This document shows positions 11,926-23,786 of a stretch of DNA of 64,000 nt, in pieces. Source of the DNA: Felis catus (Eukaryota); assembly GCF_018350175.1 (NCBI RefSeq), contig NC_058368.1, positions 13,206,001 to 13,270,000 on the forward strand, in the 5' to 3' direction. The notes below the pieces were generated by a model. That model made no database searches and had not been told where the DNA came from. It worked only from the letters and a program-made list of their open reading frames with translations. The position numbers and the translations under genes are program-made. Numbering within the stretch: the stretch's first letter is position 1; each line of letters starts with the position of its first letter.

Positions 11926-14399
11926 CTAACGTGTTTCTAGAAGAATGAAGGGAACCCTGAAAACAGTCCTATGTGGAGATGGTCTGTTTTGATGTTGAAT
12001 AAAAGCTAAAATTGGTATTTACATAGCGCTTTGTAATTCATAAGGTGTTTTCTTTTCATTTGCTATGTCTCATTGAGCAAATGAAAATCTTAGAGAAAAT
12101 CTAAGAGAAATATTATTATCATTCCCATTTTATAGATGAAATCAGACTCACACTTATTTGGTTTTATTTTGACTATTACTTTAGCTCACTGTGTTCTTTA
12201 TTTAGCCAGTTCCTTTACTTTTCAATGCAAGCATTGAGGGAAATGCCAGCTGTGCTCACCTTGACATATAGAGGTTGGGGGAATTTCCAGTTGCATCTTT
12301 AAAACCCTTCAGCTTGGGGCAGCTGTGGAGATGAATAATGTTCCTATCATCCTTCATTTTCAAAGCTCACATGTGAAAACTACTTTATAGTCAAAATACA
12401 CCACCAATAAAATCTATAAATATGCAATTTGGAAACAATGTTTCTATGGCAATGTATTATTTGCCAGAGCAGTAATTATGGCAGTGCAAATGTGTTAACG
12501 GCTGGTTAGAGAAATCACACCTGTTTCTAAGTGGGTTGTAGTTACTCGCTATCTTTTCTTTTCCAAATTTCATTACTCAGAATACATGTTCTTTGAGAAT
12601 GAATTCATCATTGATGCTTTAATCATTTATTATTTACTGAGTGCATATAATGGGCAAAGGGGGTGATTTTTGTCGGGTTTTGAATGAGAAGAAGAAGCTG
12701 GCTTTGGGAATGTGAAGCAGGAAGCTTTGCCAAACACTAGGGCTAGTATGGGAAAAGGAAACATGGAGATGGTTTGTATGAAGCCAGCTAAGAAACTGAG
12801 AGAAGTGAATTTTAACTGAAAAGTCATGGGGAAGGAAACTTCTTGCATAATTGGGAGTAGGAAGAAAGGAAGTAGGAAGTACTATGAAGGAAGTATGTTG
12901 AAGTAGGAAAAGGAAAAAGAGAATGGCTAAAGCAGATTATGAGAGAGAAAGGGGATACTGTGAGGTTATTCAATCATTCATCTGTTAAAGAAGAACTGAA
13001 AACCTGTTATGAATCTGGGAACTCTGAGACATTAATGTATTTTGCTGGGGAAACTTATGCTCAGAAAGTTAACGGAGTTCACAGAGATGGTAAATAGTTG
13101 ATTTTGACTTTGAATCAGAGCCTTCTGATTCTGGGGTCTGTTTTTCCTGCCACACTAATGCTCCTATCTCCACAGGAAGCACTGTTTTTATGATTTTTCT
13201 TACAAATTTTTACATTTCCTGAATTGAAAGTTTGAAAAGAAGTAGATATGTGGGGTTCTAGGTGTGGAAGAGACTGAAAACACTAATAAACTTAGTTGGA
13301 AGGAAATCATTAGTGAGAATAACTTTCAGGTAATCATTTCAGAATGTATATGTACATCAAACCATAGCATTATATGTATCACATATATACAATTATATTT
13401 ATAAGCATTCCTTAATAAAGTTGGAAACAAAAGAGAGAATAACTTTTGGATTGAGTGGTGTAAGTACTGGAAAGAGAATGTGTTGAGGGCATCTTTGAAT
13501 GTTTGAACAAGACAGCTAAGGATGCTCCAGGAACTTGATTTATTGTTTGTTTCTTCCTTCTCCTTTGATTCATTGGTAGATATTCAAGATTTTTGAAGAA
13601 AATTCTTATTGGCTGTATATTTTTATTTAATTATTATTGTATCTTCAGTCAAACTATGAGAGTGACTTATCAGATCACAAAGCTAGCATTCAGTATTTTT
13701 ATGAGCTAAACTCTTGACAAGGTATTATTTGAATAGACAAATCATTTTTTTAAGTTGATAAAAAGAACTGTCTTCTCAAAGAAATTGTTTTCAATCTCAG
13801 GGCAGTGTATCATTCTGACAAATTAACAAAACACATTAAATAGCATAACACTGGAGATTTAGAAGCATCAATTCTATCTTCACAGCAAATTGCCCGAAGA
13901 GTTTTGGTGATCTTTAATTTAAGAACTCAGTATATTCTGTTATCTATTACTAACCTTGATTGAAGATTCAATCAAAAATAAACTTTCCATCTTAATTTTG
14001 TGAAGTAATTTTAAGGATAGTTCAGAAGGGCCTAATAGCAAAATGAAGTGGACTCATTTATCTAACTAAATCAGCTCCCGACTTCTCCCATGTCTGAACT
14101 ACCATTTTTATAAATAAATAGAAGATGTTGTCTGCTCATTTCACGTTATCTGTTTGTCATTTTTCATTGTCTATGATAGCTCTTTGCTGGTTCGAGGCAT
14201 AGTTTAGCTCCTTTGAATCAAAGTCTGCCTTAGATGCAGTGGCTCCCTCGCATACTTGGGCACTTAGAAATAATTTATCAACTATAATTATGGGTAACCT
14301 TTAAAAAATATGTAATATATGTGTTTCCAGATAATTCACAGCATATGTTTGGTTGCCAGTGTTTTTGTAACATTAGGATGTTAACCTGATGTTGCAAAA

Positions 14400-14770
14400 G
14401 TCCTCTTCTCCAAGATACAAAATTGTTTTCAATGCTCTGAGTGCTTATTAAGTATCTTCTATGCACTTAGCATTGTACATATTGAGGATGGAAACCCATG
14501 GAATATTTTTAGTAATTGCTTAGGGAAGATTTTCAGTCTCGTTTAGGAGGCACATCCATATAAATGGAAGCAAAGAGGTAAATGGTTCAAGCCAATATAT
14601 GTTCAAATGCCAAACTGTATGACCTAAACAATGCACCAAGCAGATTAGAAGAAGGGAAAGCTTGAATTCAAGTAATCTATGAGGGCTACTTGGAGAAAGT
14701 GTGTCTTGTAGGATGCTGAGCAATGAGCCTAAGACACAGTAACGGATGTAATGAATATCGAATGAATGAA
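14400..14770 (-). mobile_element. L2 fragment
   Basis: 'tgagtgcttattaagtatc...' and 'gaaagtgtgtcttgtaggatgctgagcaatgagcctaag' resemble antisense L2 3' region. Confidence 0.5.
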
Positions 14771-15164
14771 TGGACTAGGAATAGGGAGGAATCGTGGGAA
14801 GGGCATAAGCAACAGGGGTGGGGGGGGGTTCCTTCAGACTTTCAATGTTAGTTGGGTATCAGTATATGGATTTCTACTCCCCTGGGATCTTTATCCCCCC
14901 CCCGCCCCGCAAATGATTGCTCTGTCTGCTCTCTTACCTTATTTCCAAAATATTCATAAGCCTCTTACCTCCTGCCCAAAAGGTCTCCACGTATTCCCTT
15001 GTGTATAGTGGTTTACCTTTTGACAGTCACTTCCATGCACACTCCCCTCATGTCACAGGGACTGAACTTCTAAAAAGCTATGAGTACCCAGTGCTATAGA
15101 GAAGGAAATTGGAACTCACAGACGTAAGGAAACCAGCTGGGAAATACATGCAGTGACTATGCCT

Positions 15165-15410
15165 ACAGTTCTCAAATTATGATTTTTTTATTGGAAGATC
15201 ACTGAAAAAAGAAGTTGCTGCCATGAAATAAGTTTAGGAGGGGCTGCAGGCTCTCACCTTTGTAGATTTTATTAAGCACATTACCATAATACAATCTCTG
15301 AGAAGCTCTGTCATAAAAAAAACCTGTTAAATTTTTTTAATGTGGCATTTCCCCTAATTTATGGTCACAATCTTTTTGTCTCATTACCAATTATCAGTGT
15401 TTCCCAGATC
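15165..15410. mobile_element. hAT-Charlie MITE, MER103-like
   Basis: 'tctgagaagctctgtcataaaaaaaacctgttaaattt...gcatttcccctaatttatggtcac' resembles MER103C. Confidence 0.5.
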
Positions 15411-15573
15411 ATCTGAGTATATATTTCATCTTTCTTTATCCCTGAACATGGCTCTAGAACCTATTCAAATCCTAGTCTCCACCGTCCTCTCCTACCATTT
15501 TTTAAAATTATAGCCACTTCTGTCTTAAAAATGTTCCTCCCATATGCTCATTTATCTGACTCTTTTTCCAGGA

Positions 15574-16027
15574 TATTATGTGTTGAATTGTGTCCTCCTC
15601 ACAATTCATATGTTGAAGTCCTAACCTCTAGCACCTCAGAATGTGACCTTATTAGAAAATAGGGTTGTTGCAAATGTCATTAGTTATGTTAAGATGAGGT
15701 CATACTGGAGTCGGGTGGGCCACTAACCCTATTATGACTGGTGTCCTTATATAAATGCACACACACAAGGAGAGTGCCGAGTGAAGCTGAAAGCATTGAC
15801 TGTGGTGATGCATCTACAAACCAAGAAACACCATCAGTGTCAGAAAATCACCAGAAGCTAAAAAAGAGGCATGGAATAGATTCTAGATTCTCCCTCATAG
15901 CCTGCAGAAGGAGCCAACCCTGCCAATACTTTGATCTCAGACTTCTGGCCTCCAGAACTGTGAGACAATAAATTTAAGCCACTTAGTAGGAGGTACTTAG
16001 TCAGAGCAGCCTGAGGGTCCTATACAC
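15574..16027 (+). mobile_element. MaLR solo LTR (MLT1B/C-like)
   Basis: 'ttgaattgtgtcc...ttcatatgttgaagtcctaacc...cctcagaatgtgaccttatt...gacttctggcctccagaactgtgagacaataaattt'. Confidence 0.92.
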
Positions 16028-16089
16028 AGCATATCCTACAATCACTTCTCCAGAGAAGAACTTCTCTCCCTTTCCATTCCTCCACTTGT

Positions 16090-16335
16090 AACTGCTGGAT
16101 TTCCCAGAGCTCAGCACAAATGTCACCTCTTCAGCAACACTTCCCTTGACTTCCCCAGCAAAATGAATTGCCCTCCACCCTGGACTTCCACAGCACTTGG
16201 TTTATTTCGCCATTGGTTTGTAAACCCCTTGGAAACAGTCTTATTCCTCTTTGTATTCACAGCACTTAACAGAATGATGGTCACCCTTAGTTAGGTGCTC
16301 AGTAAATGTGTGTTTGAATGAACAGCTGAATGACG
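16090..16335 (+). mobile_element. L2 3' end
   Basis: 'agctcagcacaaatgtcacctcttcag' and terminal 'taggtgctcagtaaatgtgtgtttgaatgaa'. Confidence 0.75.
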
Positions 16336-17026
16336 AATGGATCCCTGGTGTTTTTGCTCTTGACTTATTATGTGTCACAAAGCGGTAGAGTGGCGGTCAT
16401 GCTGGCCCTCTGAGATGGTACAAATAGCTTTCGACAGAGGAAGTCCAAGTGTAGGATTAAGTGGTCATTAGCATCTCTTGACAACCCTTTGCTAGAGGCT
16501 CAGATGAGATCAGCGTGCTATGAGCACATTGTGATGTGGTCCTTACTGCAGATGCCATTAGCTCAAAGCACACTGGCTTCCACCATATTCATAGGCTTCA
16601 ACATATTGATGCCTAGGGGGATAGAAGTGCATATTGCAGAGCAAATTCTTCACGGTTTTAATTGGAACATTCAGAACTCTTAATACCTGCGATGGTTCTA
16701 GTGTGAGATGTAGGAGTTTTTAATTAGCACCTTTACTATGGGTTTATTTCCTTCCCTCCAAAAGAAAAAAAATGTTGATTTCATAGTTACATTGAAAGGA
16801 AATTTATAAAATTGTGTTTATGTAATAATTAAGAGTTACAATTGTTAATGTATCAGAAATGGATTTCTGATTAGAATGATGAACACTTCTGTGTAACTGC
16901 TTCTTGTTATTTCACTCTGGTGTTCATGCCTATTGTATCTTTGAAAAGCATATTTTGCCAGGGTTATATTGTGAATTTACAAACAAAAATCACTCATTTC
17001 TCTTTAGAAAACTAAATTTTACTCCC

Positions 17027-17123
17027 AGGGTAACTGACTGTCGAGGTGTGCCCAGGATGGTCCAGGTTCCCAGCATCCCGGGAAGTCCAGCATCCCAGGA
17101 AACCCTCAGGGATGGGTCGCCTT
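17027..17123. mobile_element. hAT-Blackjack MITE (MER81-like)
   Basis: Ends agggtaac.../...ggtcgcct resemble the AGGGTGACC terminal inverted repeats; internal 'tcccgggaagtcc...tcccaggaaaccctcag'. Confidence 0.6.
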
Positions 17124-17484
17124 GGATAAATGATCATTCCATTTGCACCCCAAATTCTGGATTTCTATAGTTTGGCGATGCTACAGCTTCCATTCAAGAA
17201 TATTTTTGAGTACTTACATTGCACTACTTACCCTGAGAGACAGATAAAATGCAGACTTTACCTTTACGCTCCAAGCCTAGTGAGCATAGTGCCGCCATAT
17301 GTGCCGAAAGTGGTAAGTCATCACACAATTGGGCCTGGAAGGAACTAGCCTTCCGACTGCTGAACAGGTCATGAGGTACCATTTAAAAGTGACTTTGAAG
17401 GATATACAAACTTTCAAAAAGCAAATATTTACTGTACGGGAGAAAATAGAAACAAATATTGCTTTTGTTTTGGGGATATAATTT

Positions 17485-17518
17485 TTAATTAATTAATTAA
17501 TTAATTAATTAATTAATT
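17485..17518. repeat. (TTAA)n microsatellite, self-complementary
   Basis: About 8 tandem TTAA units. Confidence 0.95.
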
Positions 17519-17594
17519 CAGTTTTTCCATCATCAGATTCTGAACCAAAAATCAGTAAAATTAATGGATAAAATGCCTTTGCTTACTATCTATT

Positions 17595-18060
17595 CTTTAA
17601 AAAAATTTTTAACTATGGTAAAAAAAAAACAGAGCATTTTTCATCTTAAACATTTTTTATTAAATGCTTATGTTTGAGAGAGAGACAAAGAGCAAGAGCT
17701 GAGGAGGGTCACAGAGGGAGACACAGAATCCGAAGCAGGATCCAGGCTCTGAGCTGTCAGCACAGAGCCTGACGCGGGGCTCAAATCCACCAACCAGGAG
17801 ATCGTGAGCTGAGCTTCAGTTGGACGCTCAACCGACTGAGCCACCGAGGCGCCCGCATCTGAAACATTTTTAAGTGTGCATTTCAGTGGCATTAAGTACA
17901 TTCACATTGTTGGGCAACCACCACCACTGTCCATCCACAGAGCTCTCTGTGCCCCTTAAACAATAATTCTTTATCTCCCTTCCTATTTAAGGCCGAATAA
18001 TATTCCATTGTATGTATCTATGCCCCATTTTGTTTATCCATTCATCTGGTGCTTTTCACA
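17595..18060 (-). mobile_element. Old L1 3' end (L1MB-like) interrupted by a CanSINE
   Basis: 'tttaagtgtgcatttcagtggcattaagtacattcacattgtt' and 'ggccgaataatattccattgtatgta'. Confidence 0.85.
17658..17856 (-). mobile_element. CanSINE
   Basis: Antisense SINE body; TSD-like atct(t/g)aaacattttt on both sides. Confidence 0.95.
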
Positions 18061-18179
18061 ATAGCCAAATGTAGAAACAGCTCAAATGACATAATTTTGA
18101 TTATCAACCTTATAATTAGTAAGTGACTAACAATACGGAATGCACCAGTGTCTAAGGTATTATCTCTCCAGTAGTGCAC

Positions 18180-18785
18180 TTCACGATGCTGAGGCTGTTT
18201 CTCTGTTGCTGGCTGGCTCCTATGAGCCCTGCCCATTGGGGCATTAGAGCGCGCGCGGCAAGGCTGGAGGAGGGGAGAAAACCTCCCTTATTTACTCCCC
18301 ATCGAACTCCTCACTTGCTTGTTCTCCTGGCCTCTTTCTTCATCCTGGCGTTGCTGTTCACTTGGAGCAGAAGTTGAATTCATTTTGCCATTTTCCTGCC
18401 ACAAACAGAACCAGCTTCCTGTGCCGTCTCAGGGACACGGGACACAGAAAGCTAGCATCCTTCTCCTCAGTGGTCTGGGCCGAGCCCCAGGGACATTCCC
18501 TGGGGTCAGTGCCCCCAGCAGCCGCTGATTCTTGCCTCCTCTGAGATTCTTTTGGCAGGGGCCTCTTCCAAGCATCTCAGATGATAGGTGTCTCCTTTAA
18601 GTTGTGTTCCTCCAGCCCCGGGAGGGGGGGGGGGAGGGGGGCAGTATGTGCTTCCCGCAGTTGTGAGTCCCTAGATATCTTCAGCTTCTCACTGTGCATT
18701 TTAAGTTACCTAGTTCACAGTTCTTGAAATGCTCTCTGTTGAAATAAGCAGCCTGTTTCTGTCTCCTGCAGAACCCCAATGACGC
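18180..18785 (+). mobile_element. ERV-L solo LTR (LTR33-like)
   Basis: 3' end 'ctctgttgaaataagcagcctgtttctgtctcctg' resembles LTR33; 'aaggctggaggaggggaga' internal motif. Confidence 0.55.
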
Positions 18786-19164
18786 ATTGTGCAGGCTGGT
18801 CCACCTTTTCCTCCAGCTTTTATTTTCATGCTCTCCTAATTCCATTTATTTTTGTGTTCAGGTGGTGTGTGAGTTTCCATGGCTCTGGCCACATTTCATA
18901 TCATTTTAATTTATTTCTCTGCATGTTGAATAGTATCACTGTGGCAGTTTCCCACTTAAGTTTCAAGTTAATGTTTGACACCCTCTCTAGAGGAGCGCAG
19001 CTCCTCTCCTAGGGCTGGAAAGTCTTCTGGAATGCCAAGTGTACATCCACCAAGCTAATTCTGTTAAAGAGGTACCTTTTGGAGAGCCTTTGATTGACCA
19101 TAAGGATAGGGTCCAATGTGTTCCCTTAGGGACATTTAATAACGCTGGCTTTTTATGGTGCTTT

Positions 19165-19376
19165 TTTTTAATGTTTATTTATTTTTGAGAGGGAGAGAGA
19201 GAGAGAGAGAGCGCAAGTGAGGGAGGGGCAGAGAGAGGGAGACACAGAATCTGAAGCAGGCTCTAGGCTCCGAGCCATCAGCACAGAGCCTGACGTGAGG
19301 CTCAAATCCACAAACCATGAGATCGTGACCTGGGCCGAAGTCAGACACTTAGCCGACTGAGCCACCCAGGCACCTC
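19165..19376 (-). mobile_element. CanSINE
   Basis: Full antisense body; flanked by (a/g)tggtgctt repeats. Confidence 0.96.
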
Positions 19377-19387
19377 TGTGGTGCTTC

Positions 19388-19780
19388 TTAAAAAATGTTT
19401 ATTTATTGGGGCGCCTAGGTGGCTCAGTCGGTTGGGTGCCTGACTTCGGCTCGGGTCATGATCTCACGGTTTGAGTTTGAGCCCTGCGTCGGGTTCTGTA
19501 CTGACAGCTCGGAGCCTGGATCCTGCTTTGGATTCTCTGTCTCCTTCTGTCTCTGCCCCTACCCCGCTTGTGCTCTGTCTCTCTCTGTCTCTCAAAAATA
19601 AATAAATGTAAAAAAAATTTTTTAATGTTTATTTATTTATTTTGAGAGCAAGAGTGAGAGCAAGAGAATCTCAAGCAGGCTCTCAACCCAGAGCCCAACA
19701 CAGGGCCCAGGTTATGAGATCATAACCTGAGCCGATATCAACAGCCAGACGCTCAAGCACTCAGCCACCCAGGTACACCT
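19388..19780 (-). mobile_element. Older, internally shortened CanSINE, split in its tail by the + strand SINE
   Basis: Tail at 19388-19407 and 19624-19645; body 19645-19780 ends 'gccacccaggtacacct'. Confidence 0.88.
19408..19623 (+). mobile_element. CanSINE nested in another SINE tail
   Basis: Full body; TSD aatgtttatttatt at 19394-19407 and 19624-19637. Confidence 0.96.
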
Positions 19781-19934
19781 ATGGTGCTTTTATTACTATT
19801 ATTATTATTATTGTTTTTATTATTTTTGTGCAAACATATCAGAATTCTTTTAAAATGGGACCGTTTATACACCTGTGCATGTTTCTTTATGTGCCTACCA
19901 CCGGGCATTTGAGAATGATCCTAGTAAGAACTTT

Positions 19935-20095
19935 TCCCTGGACTATACTCTGTTCCAGGCACTTTTCTTAAGGTTTTTGTATATATTATTGATGTATTCT
20001 CCAACTCAATATACATTATCCCCATTTAATAGAAGGTGAATGAGGCTCAGAGAGGACTTAAATTTGAATATATCTAACTAGAGCCAGAATAATTG
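19935..20095 (-). mobile_element. MIR
   Basis: 'attatccccatttaatagaaggtgaatgaggctcagagagg'. Confidence 0.7.
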
Positions 20096-20339
20096 TCATG
20101 GACTGAGGCCTTGTTCCAATCTCTGTTTCCTAAGCAGCACATGTGACATCAAGTAATTGGTTCTGATATTAAGGCTTACTAAATAAATTGTCAATAAAGT
20201 TTGTGTAAAAAAATCACAAAATTTATGGAGAAATTTTACATACGCACATATATGTATACATACATACATACATATCATATATATAGCAAGAAGTGTGTGT
20301 GTGTGTGTGTGTGTGTACGTTTTCAGCATGATAGGCCCC

Positions 20340-20510
20340 TCAACTTGGTTGTATGACCTTGACCGGGACAGTTCATTCTCTTTATGTAAGTTATCTCATC
20401 TGTAAAATGGGGATAATCATATCTGCCTCTCTGGGTTTTGTGAGGATTAACTGAATTAATCTTTGTAAAGTTGCTGTCACAGGGCCTGGCACATAGTCAA
20501 CAAATGCCAG
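20340..20510 (+). mobile_element. MIR
   Basis: 'ctcatctgtaaaatggggataat...gtgaggattaa...cctggcacatagt'. Confidence 0.85.
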
Positions 20511-21059
20511 CTCTGTCCCCTTCACTTCAGGCTGTCAAGGTGTAAAACACAATGGGATATTGTGTGTGATTGCATGCCGTAAGCTGCAAAGATCTATACA
20601 AATTAGCATGTTCTTATTATAAAGCTGCATTATTAGTTGAGTCAAAAATGCAAGAAGTTAATTGTTCTGAGAACAATGAAATGTGACTTTCAATTATTCT
20701 GGATGATGAAGAAAAGGTTTAAATGGATGATCTAAAACAAAGGACTGTTAGTTAACAGAATACGCAAATTAGACTGCATTATATTGATATGTTATTGTCA
20801 ATTTCAACTCTGATAACTGCCAATTAACATACGGTTGTTTCCAGGGAGAAAACAATAGAGAAGAGTGAGCGGAGAGATGAAGTCTCCTCACCCTGAAAAC
20901 TCCTTGTCTTTGCCCAGAGGTGACTTCTCAGTTCCTTAGACTGAGGCGTCTGGAGTCTGTCCTGACTGTCAGTATTCTCTGACCACCTTCCCAGGTAAGG
21001 GTTTTCAGCCTAACTCGCACTCGGCTGGCCATTCTAACCAAATGTTTTGATACAGCATG

Positions 21060-21570
21060 GTGTGCTGACCTGTTTGCTCTCTGTTCCCTTCTCTTGCTTT
21101 CCCCAGTTCTGCCCTTTATCACAGGAAACAACTTTCCCCAGGCTCCCATGCTCCTGGCTTCCAGGTAGTTTTGGCCGGTGGGAGGCATTGGCCAGAGTCT
21201 GGATGGTGGGAGGAGGAGAGAAATGAGAATACTTCTTCCCATTTCGCTGCCTTGGGTGGCACCTCTATAGCTGGTCTCTCCATGGCTCCAACTCCTACCA
21301 GTAGCATCTGTCTCTAAGGTCCCAACTGCCACCCTCTCCCCTGGGTCTGCTTCCTGCAGGTAGCCTGCGCTTGGAATCTGGGAACACTGCCCCCGCTTTG
21401 GTCCCTCCAGCCTTAAGGCTTGAGGTTGCTGTTTTTAGTTTCCTCACAGGCCCCCTGTTTGCCTTCTCCACTCTTCATCACCTTTGTAAATAATCCCTTG
21501 TTTTGGCTTCCCTATGTTAAAGGACGTGGAGAAGATTTTATGTTCTGACTGGACCCTGTGCAGTGTATGT
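21060..21570 (+). mobile_element. ERV-L solo LTR (LTR33-like)
   Basis: 'ttggccggtgggaggcattggc...ggtgggaggaggagaga' and 3' end 'tctgactggaccctg'. Confidence 0.65.
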
Positions 21571-22200
21571 GAGGAGATCATGGGATAGATCCCTTATACT
21601 GGTGGGAAGTGGACTAGTGGGGGAGAGCATTTTGTTCCAAAACCAGCTCTCACGGCATCTTCTTCACTTTGACCTTCTCAGGAGCCCATTCTCCTCCCAG
21701 CTCCAGGAGACATCATGTCCCTTCTTTCTGGGTGGATATGGAATAAATATGTCCTTTCGTTTTTAAAAATCCTGAACAGGTGGCTGTGCTACACAAGCAG
21801 CAGAAGGCTGAGTATTAATAACAGAATTAGTGAAATAATCACGTTAAACTTACCACATAATGAGTCCTCCATGTATTAATGATATGCAGAAATATCAGCC
21901 TCCTGCTCTGGGGATTGGTCGTGAATACGACTGGTCACAAATGGCTGCTGGCTAGCTGACACTTTCTATTACTTTCACAGCTCCTAGCCAATATTCCCCA
22001 GGTTTGCTTTTGTCTTAATCTCTGTTCGTTTTTTGGCCATTGTCAACAGCATCAATGTTTATACTTTTTCCATAATTCACTGTCTGTTTTCATTTTTACT
22101 GTAGACAAATACTCATCGAGTATACTATTCTGGCACTGACATCGCGTCTGGGGTTTCCATTCCTTCTTCCCTGCCCATAAGCACAAAAAGAAGGGCACTC

Positions 22201-22425
22201 AGGTGGCACCTGCGTGGCTCAGTGGGTTAAGCATCCGACTTTGGTTCATGTCATGATCTCACAGTTTGAGAGTTCAAGCCTTGCATCACGCTCTGTTTTG
22301 ACAACTCAGAGCCTGGAATCTACTTTGGATTATGTCTCCCTCTCTCTCTCTGCCCTCCCCTGTTCTCACTCTGTCTCTCTCTCTTTCTCTCAAAAATAAA
22401 TAAACATTAACCAAAAAAAAAAAAA
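22201..22425 (+). mobile_element. CanSINE
   Basis: Full body with A tail; TSD aaaaagaa(g/a)ggcact at 22185-22199 and 22426-22440. Confidence 0.95.
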
Positions 22426-23744
22426 AAAAAGAAAGGCACTGGGGCACAGAGCAGCAGCTAATGCAGTGGTGGTGCTAATGCCTCGGCAGGGCAGAGGAAA
22501 AGCCACCAAAAGGGCTATTGATATCACAGATATTATCTCATTTAATTTTCATAACAGCCTGCAAAGCAGATAATATTAATATCTCTATTTTAAACTTAGT
22601 CACTAAGGGGTTAAGTAATTTGCCTACAGTCATACAACCTGTAAATTGTGGGACTTAAATAACAACCCAAATTTGTCTGACCCCAATACAAGATGTTCTT
22701 GATTTCTGTAGGAAAAACAGCGGGTAAAAGGTGACAACTTTAGATAAAAGATAACTTCCAGATGAAAGGAAATACTCTTTCCCTTTTATTGTCTCTGCCC
22801 AATATCCTCCTCAGGCCTTACTCTCCCAGGTGACTCAACAGCAATGGCACAACTTGGCTCCTGAAAGCAGATGGCTAACATCCATCTTTATCCGCGATTA
22901 CTTTCTCCAATAAAGTAGAGGTTGCATAATAATATCCTCTGAGGTAGAAGGCAGTTCTCTATGAGCTGGATCCAATTGCACACTCTCGGTGGCATAGACA
23001 ACTGTATTTCCACTTTTCTCCCCTTGTCCTTTTCAGAAGCAGTCTAGCACGGAGTGGGGGAGCTGTCAGCAGACCCACGCTGTTCAGCTATTCTCGGAAT
23101 TCATTATTGAAGTCAGACTCTTTCCTCCCTCCTATTCAGAAGCTTGCCTGCTAGCACTAAAGAGGAGAAGGTGGAGTGCTCTGAATCCCTTCAATTACTT
23201 GTTTCTGGGTGAACATGGTTCAGGGAATGTTAATGGTACTTTCTCTAAATACCTTTTACAAGCAAGAGACAGCACGAACAAAAGTCTGAATTCCAGACCT
23301 TAGGGGCTCCAGTCAGGCTTGCCAAAATGTAAATTCAAAAGACACCCTCCCCTAATACCTGCAAAGCTATCCCCTAGTACCGGGATTTCAACTCTATTTT
23401 CCAAAAAGACTTTTCCCAAGCGAAAAGAGTTTTCTTTATTGATTTGTCTTTCTCTCACCTATTTTTTTCAAATTACTTCTGCAACATTCTAAAACACATA
23501 TGTGATGAAAATCCTGGTCTCTGTGTTTACAGTTATTTTTCTTCTCTAGTCCTTTAATAAAATGAATTAAAAAAGACAAAATTATATTTTTGGGGGGAGT
23601 CAGTTGGTGAAGGAGTTCTTGAACTACATTTATCCCCATTTCCGTGTTTAACTGCTGAATATATTTTTTGGAATCTAGTTATACTCCTGTTCTCAATGCT
23701 CAAAATTTAAATTTGTAGAATTATAGACAGAGACTCTCTCTGAC

Positions 23745-23786
23745 AGATATGAATAGATATGAAATAGATATGAATAGATATGAAAA
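23745..23786. repeat. Short tandem repeat (AGATATGAAT-like unit, about 4 copies)
   Basis: agatatgaat agatatgaaat agatatgaat agatatgaaa. Confidence 0.85.

Noticed and set aside
20928..21332. 134-aa minus-strand ORF
   Set aside because: Largely antisense to an LTR33-like element; no protein resemblance.
23010..23303. Strong acceptor (ttgtccttttcAG, ~23036) followed by an open frame of about 88 codons
   Set aside because: No good donor and the peptide is unrecognisable; isolated acceptors are common.
23745..23786. Short direct repeats here and at ~29424-29454, 29678-29720, 32277-32302 and 61815-61842 considered as array/CRISPR-like
   Set aside because: No spacers, only 2-4 copies; simple slippage duplications in a mammalian genome.
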